From Dehalococcoidia bacterium (GTDB lineage Bacteria > Chloroflexota > Dehalococcoidia > Bin125), in NCBI GenBank assembly GCA_965242565.1, contig OZ251457.1, positions 451,891-515,890 on the forward strand: 64,000 bases of DNA, in the 5' to 3' direction. The notes below the pieces were generated by a model. That model ran no database searches and had not been told where the DNA came from. It saw nothing but the letters and a program-made list of their open reading frames with translations. A program made the position numbers and the translations under genes. This document shows, piece after piece, positions 18,187 to 28,238 of this stretch (positions are counted from its first letter, which is position 1; each line of letters opens with the position of its first letter).

Positions 18187-20388
18187 ATGGTCCATCTGCC
18201 GCCGCCGCTCATGCACGAGCGACCGCACCTGCCGCACGCCGTCAGCGAAGCCTTACGACACCGCCCCCACATCGTGCCGCTCATCGCCGACTCCCCCCAG
18301 CACCACCCACGCATCTTCAGCGCCGCCGCGATCGGTGCCAGCTTCCTGCTGCTCCTCGTCGCAGCCATCACCGTCTACAACAGCATCGTGCGAGCGCCCG
18401 ACGCTCAAAACGGGGCGCTGACCGAGGCGCTGCTGGCCTCCGGCACGACGGCCGACTGGCACTGGGGCGGCGGTCCGCCCGATGCGGAAGCCGCCGCCGC
18501 GCGAGACGGCGAACTCCAGCCCGGCAACCTCTACATCAACACCGACAACGGCGACATCTACCTGCGGCTCGAAGACGGTTGGAGCGACGATCCCGTCGGC
18601 AGTCTGGGCAGCGCCGCTCAGCCGATCATCCTCGAGCAGCCCGCCGCCGCCGGTGTTGATCGGGCGTCAATTGTCGGGGGGGGGGGGGGTAAAACCGGTG
18701 ATTCTTCCGCCGACTACAGCACATCGGGCGCTCCGGGACCCGCCGGACCGCCCGGTCCGCGCGGCGAAGCGGGGCTGCAAGGACCCGATGGCGAACGCGG
18801 TCCCCGCGGCCTGATCGGACCCACCGGCCCGCAAGGATTGCAAGGCGAGCAGGGCGAACCCGGCCCCGCTGGTGCAATCGGCCCGCAAGGGCTGCAAGGC
18901 GAACAGGGTGAGCGCGGCGAACCCGGTCCCGCCGGTGCAGTCGGCACGCAAGGACTGCAAGGCGAGCGCGGCCCCGCTGGTCCTGCCGGCGCAGTCGGCG
19001 CAATCGGTCCGCAGGGTCCTGTCGGCCCCGCCGGTCCGCGAGGATTGCAAGGCATCCCCGGACCTCCCGGCGCACAAGGCGAGCGCGGCGAGCAGGGCCT
19101 CCAGGGACCCACCGGACCGGCCGGGGGTCCGCCCGGACCGCAAGGCGCTGTGGGACCGTCCGGACCTCAAGGCGACGACGGCCCGCCCGGTCCGCGCGGC
19201 GAACGCGGACCGCAGGGCGAGCGCGGACCCGCCGGTCCGCAGGGTATCCAGGGACCGCCCGGACCCGCCGGCGGCCCGCGAGGAGCCACCGGCGCGGTCG
19301 GCCCCCAAGGTCCGCAGGGACCGCGCGGCCCACAGGGCGAACGCGGCTTCACGGGCGGCAGCGGCGCGCCCGGCCCGCAGGGCGCGACGGGCGAACGCGG
19401 CCCCGCCGGACAGCGCGGCGGCCGCTGGTTCACCCACGCCGGCGGCCACGCCTCCTACAGCTGGACGGGCATCGCCCTGCAATCCGGCGACATGTTCATG
19501 AACACCGCCAACTCGCAGATCTTCAGCTACGACGGCGCAGCTTGGGCGCTGGTCGGCACGCTGACCGGCATCCGGGGATTGCAGGGGCCGCAGGGCGCGG
19601 TCGGTCCGCAAGGCCCGCAGGGAGCGACCGGCCCGCAAGGCGAGCAAGGCCCACAAGGAAACATCGGCGCCGCCGGCCCCACCGGCTCGGTAGGCCCGCA
19701 GGGCGAAGCGGGCAACCGCATCTACCACCACACCGCCGCCCCGCCCGCCGTCGGCGACGCCTACTGGAGCGCCTACGGCAACCCGACGCTGCAACGCGGC
19801 GACCTGCTGATCAACACCGGCAACGGCGACCTGCACTGGTACGGCGGCAGCGCCTGGTCGCTGCTCGTCAACCTCCGTCAGGGACCGCAGGGACCGGCCG
19901 GTCCGACCGGACCGCAGGGCGACCAGGGCGCGACCGGTCCTCAGGGCGCGCGCGGAATGGGCTGGCACTTCGGCACCGACGACGTGCCGGCGCCCGTCGG
20001 TCCGGTCGCCGGCGACCTCTACTTCAACTACCAGAGCTTCGACGTCTACGCCTACCGCTCGGCTCCGGGTACGGGCACGAGCTGGAATCGGGTCACGTCG
20101 CTGCGCGGGCCGCAGGGCGAGGTCGGCCCGCAAGGCTCCCAGGGCGAGATCGGTCCGCAAGGCGCGCCGGGCGCAACAGGAGCAGCGGGCGCGACCGGCC
20201 CCGCAGGCGCGCCGGGCAACCAGTGGTACCACGGAGCCGGTGAGCCGACGAGCAACCCGCCCGCCGCGCGAGCCGGCGGCTTCCGCGCCGGCGACATGTA
20301 CCTCGACACCTCCAACCACCGCATCTGGAGCCACAACGGCTCCGCTTGGACCCAGATCGCCAGCCTCGTCGTCACCGCCCAGCCCTGA
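18187..20388 (+). CDS. Membrane-anchored collagen-like repeat protein (about 250 aa of G-X-Y triplets plus five interspersed about 25-aa repeats)
   Basis: SD-like GGGAAGGGGGAG precedes ATG 18187; TM helix [22 protein letters not shown]; uninterrupted [23 protein letters not shown]... triplets; recurring GD(L/M)(Y/F)xNTxNxx(I/L)(Y/W)xYxGxxW motif. Confidence 0.75.
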   Translation: MVHLPPPLMHERPHLPHAVSEALRHRPHIVPLIADSPQHHPRIFSAAAIGASFLLLLVAAITVYNSIVRAPDAQNGALTEALLASGTTADWHWGGGPPDAEAAAARDGELQPGNLYINTDNGDIYLRLEDGWSDDPVGSLGSAAQPIILEQPAAAGVDRASIVGGGGGKTGDSSADYSTSGAPGPAGPPGPRGEAGLQGPDGERGPRGLIGPTGPQGLQGEQGEPGPAGAIGPQGLQGEQGERGEPGPAGAVGTQGLQGERGPAGPAGAVGAIGPQGPVGPAGPRGLQGIPGPPGAQGERGEQGLQGPTGPAGGPPGPQGAVGPSGPQGDDGPPGPRGERGPQGERGPAGPQGIQGPPGPAGGPRGATGAVGPQGPQGPRGPQGERGFTGGSGAPGPQGATGERGPAGQRGGRWFTHAGGHASYSWTGIALQSGDMFMNTANSQIFSYDGAAWALVGTLTGIRGLQGPQGAVGPQGPQGATGPQGEQGPQGNIGAAGPTGSVGPQGEAGNRIYHHTAAPPAVGDAYWSAYGNPTLQRGDLLINTGNGDLHWYGGSAWSLLVNLRQGPQGPAGPTGPQGDQGATGPQGARGMGWHFGTDDVPAPVGPVAGDLYFNYQSFDVYAYRSAPGTGTSWNRVTSLRGPQGEVGPQGSQGEIGPQGAPGATGAAGATGPAGAPGNQWYHGAGEPTSNPPAARAGGFRAGDMYLDTSNHRIWSHNGSAWTQIASLVVTAQP

Positions 20389-20447
20389 CCGGTCCCCGCG
20401 GAGCGGTCCGCCGCGCCCGTCGACGGGCGCGGCGGACCCGTTCCGCA

Positions 20448-20906
20448 TCACTCACGTTCTCGCTCCACCACCGCGTCCCCCAGCGCCTCGCGGAAATACC
20501 CCGTACGCCCTTCCAGCGACTCCCCCACCACCTCCGCCCACGCCGCCGCCGGACCCAGCCGCCGCGCAATCTCCTCTATATCCGTCCACCACTCCCAGCC
20601 GCGCGGCAGCGGCGCCGGCAGCTCCAGCCGCAGCGCATCCTCCTCCTCAGGCAGCCAGAAACGGCAATACCACGCCCGCCGACGCACAATCCCCGCCTGC
20701 ATCATCAGCGCATAGGTCGTGCGCCCCGCATCGTCGCGCCGCTCCGGTTCCTCCGCGCAACGCAGCAGGAAGTTGAAGATCGAGAACTGCCCCGACTCGA
20801 CGCCCGTCCGCGCCGCGCCGATGCGCCGCACCCCGTCGGCCACCGCCAGCAGCAGCGCCGCCCGCTCCACCGACAGGTTCGCCTCCTCCAGCGTCGTCGC
20901 CCTCAC
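20448..20906 (-). CDS. Hypothetical protein
   Basis: 152-aa ORF whose start overlaps (ATGA) the stop of the upstream enoyl-CoA hydratase gene; no recognisable domain. Confidence 0.35.
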   Translation of the reverse strand: MRATTLEEANLSVERAALLLAVADGVRRIGAARTGVESGQFSIFNFLLRCAEEPERRDDAGRTTYALMMQAGIVRRRAWYCRFWLPEEEDALRLELPAPLPRGWEWWTDIEEIARRLGPAAAWAEVVGESLEGRTGYFREALGDAVVERERE

Positions 20907-21721
20907 CGCTCGCCGCGCTGAAACTCGTCAAGCGTCGCCCGCAGCCCGTGCTCGCGGATGCTCCGATTCATCGCCAGCACCGGCTCCGAAAAGTGCGCAA
21001 TCGTGTCGATCTCCACCCCGCCCAGCAGCGCCTCGCGGAAGCCTTGCACCTCCTGCGTGCGGTTGATCGCCTTCTTCTGTAGCACCAGAATCTCTTTCGG
21101 CGTCCGCGCCGCCCGCTGCGCGTACTCCTCCACGAATTCGTCCAGCTGATCGGGTGGCAAACTGCGGTTGAACAGCCCGATCTCCGCCGCCTCCGCGCCC
21201 GAAATCATCGAGCCGACCGGAAAGAAGAACTCCTTCGCCCGCTTCGCGCCCACCTGCCAGGCCCAGAACGAGGCCACGAAGCCCGCGCCCAGCGGCAGCT
21301 GTGGCGCGCCCACCCGCGCGTCGTCCGCCGCGAATGTCACATCGCAGATCGTCGCCAACTGCGTGCCGCCGGCCAGGCAGTGCCCGTGGACTTTGGCGAT
21401 CACCGGCAGCCGCAAGTCCCAGATGCGCAGCCAGTTGCGCAGCAGCTCCTCCAGCCCGTCGCGGTCCCGCGAGATCGCCGACGCCTGCTCCGCTGCCACA
21501 CCGCCGCCGCCCTGAAGGTCGTAGCCCGCGCTGAACGCCCGTCCCGCCCCGCTCAGCAGCGCCACATGGACGCCGTCGTCGCGCTCCGCCTCCGTTAGCG
21601 CCTCGATCAGCTCGCGCTGCATCGCCCGCGAGATCGCGTTCAGCTTCTCCGGGCGATTGAGCGCAATCCGCGCCACCCGCCCCTCGCGCTCCACCCGAAT
21701 CGTCTCCCACTGCTCAGCCAT
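20903..21721 (-). CDS. Enoyl-CoA hydratase/isomerase (crotonase) family protein
   Basis: IALNRPEKLNAI...LSGAGRAFSAGYDL crotonase signature. Confidence 0.8.
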   Translation of the reverse strand: MAEQWETIRVEREGRVARIALNRPEKLNAISRAMQRELIEALTEAERDDGVHVALLSGAGRAFSAGYDLQGGGGVAAEQASAISRDRDGLEELLRNWLRIWDLRLPVIAKVHGHCLAGGTQLATICDVTFAADDARVGAPQLPLGAGFVASFWAWQVGAKRAKEFFFPVGSMISGAEAAEIGLFNRSLPPDQLDEFVEEYAQRAARTPKEILVLQKKAINRTQEVQGFREALLGGVEIDTIAHFSEPVLAMNRSIREHGLRATLDEFQRGER

Positions 21722-21785
21722 CGCCCACCTCCTAACTCACCCCTGATCGTACGCCCTTCACCTCGCACTCCCCCCACTCCGCGCC

Positions 21786-22060
21786 CCCTGGCAACCTCCG
21801 ACCACCGCTTGACCCCCATCACAGTTGCTCCGTCGCCCCAGCACACCCCCTTTCCGTCGCCCCAGACTTGATCTGGGGCCCAAACCCAACGTTGCGCGCG
21901 ACACCAAGCTCCCGCGCCGTCCCCACTTCCGTCATACCCGCGCTTGCCGTGGGTATCTCGCCGAGAGCAGCACCACCGTTGCATCCCCCTCCCTCCCGTC
22001 ATTCCCGCCTCCGAGCGGGAATCAGCCCCGCGCATCCTCCTAACGCCCCTCCCTACCCGA
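21786..22060. repeat. MITE-like mosaic repeat; begins with a 55-bp segment identical to the 3' end of the IS110-type remnant at 36408-36462
   Basis: CCCTGGCAACCTCCGACCACCGCTTGACCCCCATCACAGTTGCTCCGTCGCCCC is present at both sites. Confidence 0.5.
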
Positions 22061-22322
22061 TCCGACCATCCCGACCAGATAGAAACCCCACTCACACCCC
22101 AAGACTCACCCGACCACCCCCATCGCGCCATCTGTGGACCACTCAGACTCCCCCAGTTGCCATCGACGCTTGAATGTTCTAGATTTCTGTTTGGAACTCA
22201 CGTTCCCGGCGGCGTGGACGACATCCCAGGAAAACCCCAATGACCATCGCACTGATCCTGATCACCATCGCCCTCGGCCTCTGGCTCGTGCGCCAGTGGT
22301 CCCGCGGCGACCTCGCCTCACC

Positions 22323-22455
22323 CTCCCGTCATTCCCGCCGCCCCAGTTCCCGTCATTCCCGCCAGCCCAGTTCCCGTCATTCCCGCCGCCCCAGTTCCCG
22401 TCATTCCCGCCGGCCCAGTTCCCGTCATTCCCGCCCCCGAGCGGGAACCCGCCCA
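22323..22455. repeat. Tandem array (about 5 units) of a 23-bp repeat (CCCAGTTCCCGTCATTCCCGCCG) ending in CCCGAGCGGGAAC
   Basis: Direct repeats in the sequence; the apparent ORF 22240..22536 (SRHSRRPSS...) is just a translation of the array. Confidence 0.65.
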
Positions 22456-22614
22456 ACCCCGTTCCATCTGCCCGTTTCGCCCGCCCTGCCCGCCGCGAGC
22501 ACCACAGACCCTCCCTCCAACCGACGAGCGGCCTGACCCTCGGACGCCCCTTGCCTCACAACCCCGCACAACGCTTAGACTGCCATTCGCGTAGCTCGCG
22601 CGCGTGAGGACGAC

Positions 22615-23340
22615 ATGGCTCAAACCCCAGACAACGTCGACGCTGCCCGCTCCGACCCGGCCGCCCTGCTCGAGCGCGTCGTGCTCTTCCGCAATATGCC
22701 CTCCGACATGCTCCGCGAACTCGGCCACCAACTGCGCTCCGTCACCTACCGCGCGCAGACCGACATCTTCCACGCCGGCGACGAAGGCGCCACGATGTAC
22801 ATCATCCTGAGCGGCGCCGTCAAAATCTTCGTCCCCGCCCTCGACGGACGCGAAGTCGTCCTCGCCGTCCACCGCTCCGGCGACCTCTTCGGCGAAATGG
22901 CCCTGCTCGACGACGAACCGCGCTCCGCCTCCGCCAGCACCATGGAAGACACCGAGATGTTCAGCCTCAACCGCGCCGACTTCTCCAACGTGCTCAACAG
23001 ACACCCCGAAGCGCTGCGCGCCATCATCGATGTGCTCGTCGAGCGCCTCCGCGCCACCAACCAGTCCATCCAGGACGCCTACCTGCTCGATGTGCCCGGC
23101 CGCCTCGCCCGCCGCCTGCTGCTGATCGCCGACGAACACGGCGCCGACACCGAGCGCGGACGCGACATCGGCCTCCGCGTCAGCCAGCAGGAATTGGCCA
23201 GCATGATCGGCGCCAGCCGTGTCGCCGTCAACAAGCAGCTCCAGGCCTGGCGGCAGCGCGGCATCGTCGAAGTCACCCGCCAGCGCGTCGTGCTTCTCGA
23301 CCCCGCCGCCCTCCAACGCGAGTTCACCCTCTCCCCCTAG
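22615..23340 (+). CDS. Crp/Fnr-family transcriptional regulator
   Basis: cNMP-binding domain (MYIILSGAVKIF...GEMALLD) plus C-terminal HTH (SQQELASMIGASRVAVNKQLQ). Confidence 0.8.
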   Translation: MAQTPDNVDAARSDPAALLERVVLFRNMPSDMLRELGHQLRSVTYRAQTDIFHAGDEGATMYIILSGAVKIFVPALDGREVVLAVHRSGDLFGEMALLDDEPRSASASTMEDTEMFSLNRADFSNVLNRHPEALRAIIDVLVERLRATNQSIQDAYLLDVPGRLARRLLLIADEHGADTERGRDIGLRVSQQELASMIGASRVAVNKQLQAWRQRGIVEVTRQRVVLLDPAALQREFTLSP

Positions 23341-23416
23341 CCGCCCAACGTGACCGAACAGGGCCGAACGCAACCGAACAAACCCGAACGCAGCCGAACA
23401 GCGAACAGGACGACCC

Positions 23417-24127
23417 GTGCCCGACACCCTCAACCCCGACCAACTCGCCGCGCTCCGCGCCTGGCCCTCCCCGGCCGTCGCCAACGCCATCGAAACCTTC
23501 GACATCCGCAGCCGCGCCTTCGGCTTCATGACCCCCGACATCCTCTGCCGCTTCCCCGACATGCAACCCATCGTCGGCTACGCCGCCACCTGCAAAATTC
23601 GCGCCAGCATCCCGCCCGGCGACGACCCCGAAACCCAGGCCGCGCCCGACTGGTGGGCCCACATCGAATCCATCCCCGAACCCCGCATCATCGTCATCCA
23701 GGACCTCGACCAACCACCGATCGGCTCTTTCTGGGGCGAGGTCAACGGCAACATCCACAAGGCGCTCGGCGGCATCGGCCTGATCACCGACGGCGGCGTC
23801 CGCGACCTCGACGAGGTTGAGGAGCTCGGCTTCCAGTTCTTCTCCCGCGAAATCCTCGTCTCCCACGCCTATGTCCACATCGTCGAAATCGGCCAGCCCG
23901 TCACCGTCGGCGGCCTCACCGTCTCCCCCGGCGACCTCCTCCACGGCGATAAGCACGGCGTCGTCCAAATCCCCCACGACATCGCCCCCCAGGTCGCCGA
24001 CGCCGCCCAGGCCGTCGAAGACCGCGAGCGCGTGATCATCAACTACGCCAAATCCGCCGACTTCACCCGCCAGGGCCTGCTCAACATCATGCGCCCCACC
24101 CCCAGCGCCGAGGAGGAAACGCCCTAG
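23417..24127 (+). CDS. RraA-family protein (RNase E inhibitor RraA / 4-hydroxy-4-methyl-2-oxoglutarate aldolase-like), GTG start
   Basis: RraA-like fold motifs (GDLLHGDKHGVVQIP, GGVRDLDE). Confidence 0.65.
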   Translation: MPDTLNPDQLAALRAWPSPAVANAIETFDIRSRAFGFMTPDILCRFPDMQPIVGYAATCKIRASIPPGDDPETQAAPDWWAHIESIPEPRIIVIQDLDQPPIGSFWGEVNGNIHKALGGIGLITDGGVRDLDEVEELGFQFFSREILVSHAYVHIVEIGQPVTVGGLTVSPGDLLHGDKHGVVQIPHDIAPQVADAAQAVEDRERVIINYAKSADFTRQGLLNIMRPTPSAEEETP

Positions 24128-24130
24128 GGC

Positions 24131-24310
24131 GTGTTCACACTTCCGCCATACCGCCCCCCCTCCGTCATTCCGGCGCACGCTGAGCCTGCCCCCGGCTCGA
24201 ACGGGGGAATCCAAACCCAACTCCGCTCGCAGCGCCGGAAGCCTCGAATTGCCCGCCAACATCCGTTCGTAGGGCATCTCGGCGCACCGCGCCGCCGGCG
24301 ACCGCCGTAT
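24131..24310. repeat. MITE-like repeat (TAGGGCGTGTTCACACTTCCG...) with a TTCCAGCGTGCGCTGGAA palindrome at its right end
   Basis: Terminus shared with copies at 25621, 32262 and, in reverse orientation, 37690-37716. Confidence 0.5.
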
Positions 24311-25634
24311 GGATTCCAGCGTGCGCTGGAATGATGGGCAGAAGCGCGCGCGCCGCCTCAGACGCCGACTCACCCCCCGCCGTCGCGGCGCATTCGCACC
24401 CTTCCTCGCCCGCGACTTCCGCGTCCTCTGGGCCGTCATCTTCCTCCGCTCCTCCGCCCTCTGGCTCGACCAGGTCGCACGACCCGTCCTCATCGCCGAA
24501 CTCACCGGCTCCGCCCTCCTGCTCGGAGCCGTGCTCGCCGCCCGCATGGCCCCCAATCTCCTGCTCGGCGTCTTCGCCGGCGCAATCGTCGACCGCTACC
24601 CCCGCCGACGCATCCTCGTCCTCTCCCAGACCGGCAACGTCCTCGCCGCCGCCCTGCTCTGCATCCTGCTCGCCGCCGGCTGGGTCCAGGCCTGGCACGT
24701 GATCGCCCTCGCCGCCGTCTCCGGCGCGAACATCGCCTTCTTCCAACCCGCCCGCCAGGCCATCCTCCCCGCCATGGTGTCCTCCTCCTCAATCCGCAGC
24801 GCGGTCGCCCTCTCCCAGACCGCCAACACCGTCACCCGCATCGGCGGCGCGCTGCTCGCCGGCCTCCTGCTTGAATTCGCCGACTTCAGCGCCATCTACG
24901 GACTCATGGCCGCCGTCTACGCCGCCGCCGCTCTCTCCGCCCTCCTCATCCGCGCCGACGTCGAAGCCCCCGCCCAGCGCGAACCGAGCGACGGCTCCCT
25001 CCTCTCCCAAACAGCCGACGGCTTCCGCTGGGCTGTCCGCACCCGCCGACCCCTCGCCGTGCTCGGCGTCTCCGTCCTCCTCTTCATCTTCATCGTCCCC
25101 TACCAGGGCGTCTTCCTCCCCCTGCTCGTAATCGACGAACTCCGCGAGCACGCCTCTTGGGTCGGCTACATGATGGCCGCCGGCGGCGCGGGCGCAGTCG
25201 CCGGCTCCCTGATCCTCGCCGCCGCCCGCCAACTGCCCGCTACCGGACGCCTCATGGCCTCCCTGCTCGTCGCCGCCGGTATCGTTCTCGCCCTGCTCTC
25301 CTTCGCCCCCAACCTCCCCCTCGTCGCCCTCTGCGTCTTCGCCGCCGCCGCCTGCACCACCAACGTCATGTCCCTCGCCAACCTCGCCCTGCTCCGCCTC
25401 GGACGCGAAGGCATGGCCGGACGCGCCGTCAGCCTCATGAACTTCGCCCGCGGCATGATCCCCCTCGGCGCCCTCATCGCCGGCGCGCTCGCCGACGCCC
25501 TCGGCCCCCGTACCGGCCTGCTCGCCGTCGCCGCCGCCGCAACCGCCGTCAGCCTCGCCGTCCTCCTCTCCCCCATCGCCGGCCAAGCCTCCGAAACGCC
25601 TCCCGACTCCGCCCCCGATCAGCCCCGCGCCTAG
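24309..25634 (+). CDS. MFS transporter
   Basis: 12-TM-like hydrophobic periodicity; MFS motif GxLxDRxGRR-like (IVDRYPRRRIL); the exact start is uncertain because its first codons overlap the MITE. Confidence 0.7.
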   Translation: MDSSVRWNDGQKRARRLRRRLTPRRRGAFAPFLARDFRVLWAVIFLRSSALWLDQVARPVLIAELTGSALLLGAVLAARMAPNLLLGVFAGAIVDRYPRRRILVLSQTGNVLAAALLCILLAAGWVQAWHVIALAAVSGANIAFFQPARQAILPAMVSSSSIRSAVALSQTANTVTRIGGALLAGLLLEFADFSAIYGLMAAVYAAAALSALLIRADVEAPAQREPSDGSLLSQTADGFRWAVRTRRPLAVLGVSVLLFIFIVPYQGVFLPLLVIDELREHASWVGYMMAAGGAGAVAGSLILAAARQLPATGRLMASLLVAAGIVLALLSFAPNLPLVALCVFAAAACTTNVMSLANLALLRLGREGMAGRAVSLMNFARGMIPLGALIAGALADALGPRTGLLAVAAAATAVSLAVLLSPIAGQASETPPDSAPDQPRA

Positions 25635-25635
25635 C

Positions 25636-26030
25636 GCGTGTTCACCCTTCCGTCATACCCGTGCCACCCCCACTCCGTCATACCCGCCCCACCCCTACTC
25701 CGTCATACCCGCCCCACCCCTACTCCGTCATACCCGCGCTTGCCGCGGGTATCTCGACGTGACCAGCACCGACCCCTCGCCAGCCTGCCAGCCATGCCGC
25801 GCGCCCCCCGCGCACCAATCCGTCGCCTCCCGCACCAATCCGTCGCCCCAGACTTGATCTGGGGCCCAAACCCAACCCCACTCGCAGCACAAAGCCCCGA
25901 GCCCGTCTGCCCACACCTGTTCGCAGGCCAGCCCGATATGCCGCGCCGCCGACAGCCAACGTATGGATTCCCGCTCGGGGGCGGGAATGACGGTGGAGGC
26001 GGGGCGGGAATGACGGAAGGGGTGAACAGA
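25636..26030. repeat. MITE-like composite repeat including a 25-bp tandem array (CCCACCCCTACTCCGTCATACCCGC x3-4)
   Basis: Direct and inverted repeats in the sequence, shared with other intergenic copies. Confidence 0.55.
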
Positions 26031-26032
26031 CC

Positions 26033-27145
26033 CTAGCCCCCGTCGCCCGGCAGACCCGTCGGCGTCCCGATCTGCGGCCACGCCTCCAGCTCGATCTGCC
26101 GATACCAGGTCGCCCCCCCGCGCCGCACCTCCACCGTCACCGTCTCGCCCACCCGCAGCGTCTCCAGCGCCGCGATCAGATCGCCCAGATCGCTCACCGC
26201 AATCCCGCCGATCCGGCGCATCACATCGCCCACCCGCAGGTCGGCCCGGTCCGCCGCGCTGCCCTCCATCACGCTGCTGATCTCCAAATCAGCCTCCAGG
26301 CTCACCCCCAGCCGCGGGTGACGAATATGCTCGCCCGCGATCATCCGCGGCAGCACCCGCTGAATCGTGTCTACCGGAATCACCAGCCCCACCCCCGTAA
26401 ACGCGCGAATCGGACTCTCGATCCGGAACGGCGCGCCCAGCAACGCCCCCGTCCGATCCACCAGCACGCCGCCCGAGTTACCCGGATTCAGCGCCGCGTC
26501 CGTCTGCAACACCCCGAAATGACTCCGCCCCCCGAACCTGGTCGACCCCACCACCCGCTCCAGTCCCGAAATGATCCCCGTGCTCAGCGAGTGGTTGAAC
26601 CCGTGCGGCGCGCCGATCGCCGCCACCGGATCGCCCACTCGCGCCGCCGACAAATCCGCATATTCCAGCAACGCAATCGTCACCTCGTCCGGATCCACCT
26701 TGATCACCGCCAGATCGTTCGCCCGATCACTGCCGATCAACTCCGCCCGCACCGTCTCCCCCGCCCAGCTCCGCGCCAGGATCCGCTGCGCGCCTTCCAC
26801 AACATGGTGGTTGGTCAGAATGTGCCCCGCGTCGTCCACGAAAAAGCCCGATCCGCCGTTGCCCGTCTCACTCGCGATCGTCAGCACCGCCGGCGCGACC
26901 CGCTCATAGACCCCGGCCGGGTCGAACGCCGCCGGCGCAGCTCCGTCCTCCGCCGTCGGCTCTGGCGGCAGACTCGTCACATCGCGCACCTCCGCCGCCG
27001 TCGCCGCGACCGGCTGCGCCGTCGCCGCAACCTCGCTCGCCGGCGGCGCAACCTCCGCGCCCGTACCCGTCGTCAGCAGAATCGCCGCCGCGGTAATCGC
27101 CGACATCACCCCGCCCGCCGCCGCGGAAATCAGAAACGTTCGCAT
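26033..27145 (-). CDS. HtrA/DegP-family (S1C) serine protease with PDZ domain
   Basis: Catalytic triad context (HILTNHHVV, D, GNSGGVLV) plus C-terminal PDZ. Confidence 0.8.
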   Translation of the reverse strand: MRTFLISAAAGGVMSAITAAAILLTTGTGAEVAPPASEVAATAQPVAATAAEVRDVTSLPPEPTAEDGAAPAAFDPAGVYERVAPAVLTIASETGNGGSGFFVDDAGHILTNHHVVEGAQRILARSWAGETVRAELIGSDRANDLAVIKVDPDEVTIALLEYADLSAARVGDPVAAIGAPHGFNHSLSTGIISGLERVVGSTRFGGRSHFGVLQTDAALNPGNSGGVLVDRTGALLGAPFRIESPIRAFTGVGLVIPVDTIQRVLPRMIAGEHIRHPRLGVSLEADLEISSVMEGSAADRADLRVGDVMRRIGGIAVSDLGDLIAALETLRVGETVTVEVRRGGATWYRQIELEAWPQIGTPTGLPGDGG

Positions 27146-27302
27146 CTCTCACGCCTCCTCCGCCGGTCGCGCAGTGAACTGGCGCCCATGTGTGCAGCCT
27201 ATCGCCGCCCCGCCCCGCGCGCCCGCCTGAACACCCACCTGCGCGCCGGCTCCTTACCAACTCATTGCCGAATCATTGCCCAATTCTTACGGCCCGCCCC
27301 GC

Positions 27303-28238
27303 TCACTCTGGCCCCGCTAGCACCTCAATCAGCACCGGCACCCGCCCCTCGGGCAGCGTCGCCAGACGCTGGAATGCTGCTTCTGAGAGGTCTACGTGGT
27401 TGACGCCGAGCAGCCCTGTGTCTTGCACGATCACGTCCACCGAGCGCTCGCCGCGCCAGAGGCGCAGGCGGGTGCCGCACGGCCAGGTCACGGCGGCGGC
27501 GATCTGCGGATCCTGCGGGTCGTAGGGATTCCAGGGCGGGCAGTACATCGGTCCGCCGGCCAGCGACGGGTGGTAGTAGGTGATCTCGCCCGGCACCACC
27601 CGCGAGGCCAGATCGCCCGGCTGCACGCCCGAGGCCGGATTCCAGGTTGCGCCCGCGACCCGCGTGCGCACCCAGACCGCGTCGCCGGGATGCAGCACCG
27701 CGAACAGCTGTTGGGCGCTCTCGCCGGGCTGATAGGCGTACCAGCGCTGGTCGTCGGGCCACCAGCGCCGCGCTTCTGCGACCGGGCCCCACGGATCCTC
27801 GCCGAACGCCGTCCAGACCGGCTCGTGCAGGCCGGACCAGCCGAGGTACGACCAGCCGACCGGCAACTCGATCGGCGGCGGGAACGCTCCTGCGGTTTGC
27901 GGCTGCCGCCACACCGCCGCGTCGCTGAGCTCAAACCAGAGCGGCTGCCCGTGGCGCAGCTCCGTCAACGTCGGCCCAGGCAGTCCGGGTGCCCAGCCTT
28001 GCCAGCGCTGCTCCGCAACTTCCCAGCCCCAGGCGGCGCGCAGCGGCAGGCCCGTCAGCGCCTCCGCAATCGGCGTATCCGGACCGCACCAGGTCGCCGA
28101 ATTCCAGCCGGCGACCAGCTCGATCGCCCGCGTCTCTCTGGCGACGATTCGCGGTGGCGCAGCTGCGCCGACGGCGAGCAACGCCGCGCCGCCCGCGGCG
28201 GCGCGAAGCAAGGCGCGGCGGCTGAGCCGGCGCGTCAT
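27303..28238 (-). CDS. Tat-signal secreted protein with a C-terminal RlpA-like double-psi beta-barrel domain
   Basis: MTRRLSRRALLRAAAGGAALLAV twin-arginine signal; C-terminal YYHPSLAGGPMYCPPW...VDLSEAAF DPBB signature. Confidence 0.5.
   Translation of the reverse strand: MTRRLSRRALLRAAAGGAALLAVGAAAPPRIVARETRAIELVAGWNSATWCGPDTPIAEALTGLPLRAAWGWEVAEQRWQGWAPGLPGPTLTELRHGQPLWFELSDAAVWRQPQTAGAFPPPIELPVGWSYLGWSGLHEPVWTAFGEDPWGPVAEARRWWPDDQRWYAYQPGESAQQLFAVLHPGDAVWVRTRVAGATWNPASGVQPGDLASRVVPGEITYYHPSLAGGPMYCPPWNPYDPQDPQIAAAVTWPCGTRLRLWRGERSVDVIVQDTGLLGVNHVDLSEAAFQRLATLPEGRVPVLIEVLAGPE

Noticed and set aside
18626-20451. Antisense and alternative-frame ORFs across the collagen-like gene (18667..20451 -, 18626..19333 -, 18872..19501 +, 19542..20243 +)
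   Set aside because: Artefacts of the GGN-rich collagen repeat; only the frame with uninterrupted G-X-Y triplets, a TM anchor and an SD-preceded ATG is credible.
22240-22607. ORFs encoding SRHSRRPSS-type repeats (22240..22536, 22134..22607)
   Set aside because: They are translations of the 23-bp tandem DNA repeat; no start context or coding periodicity beyond the repeat itself.
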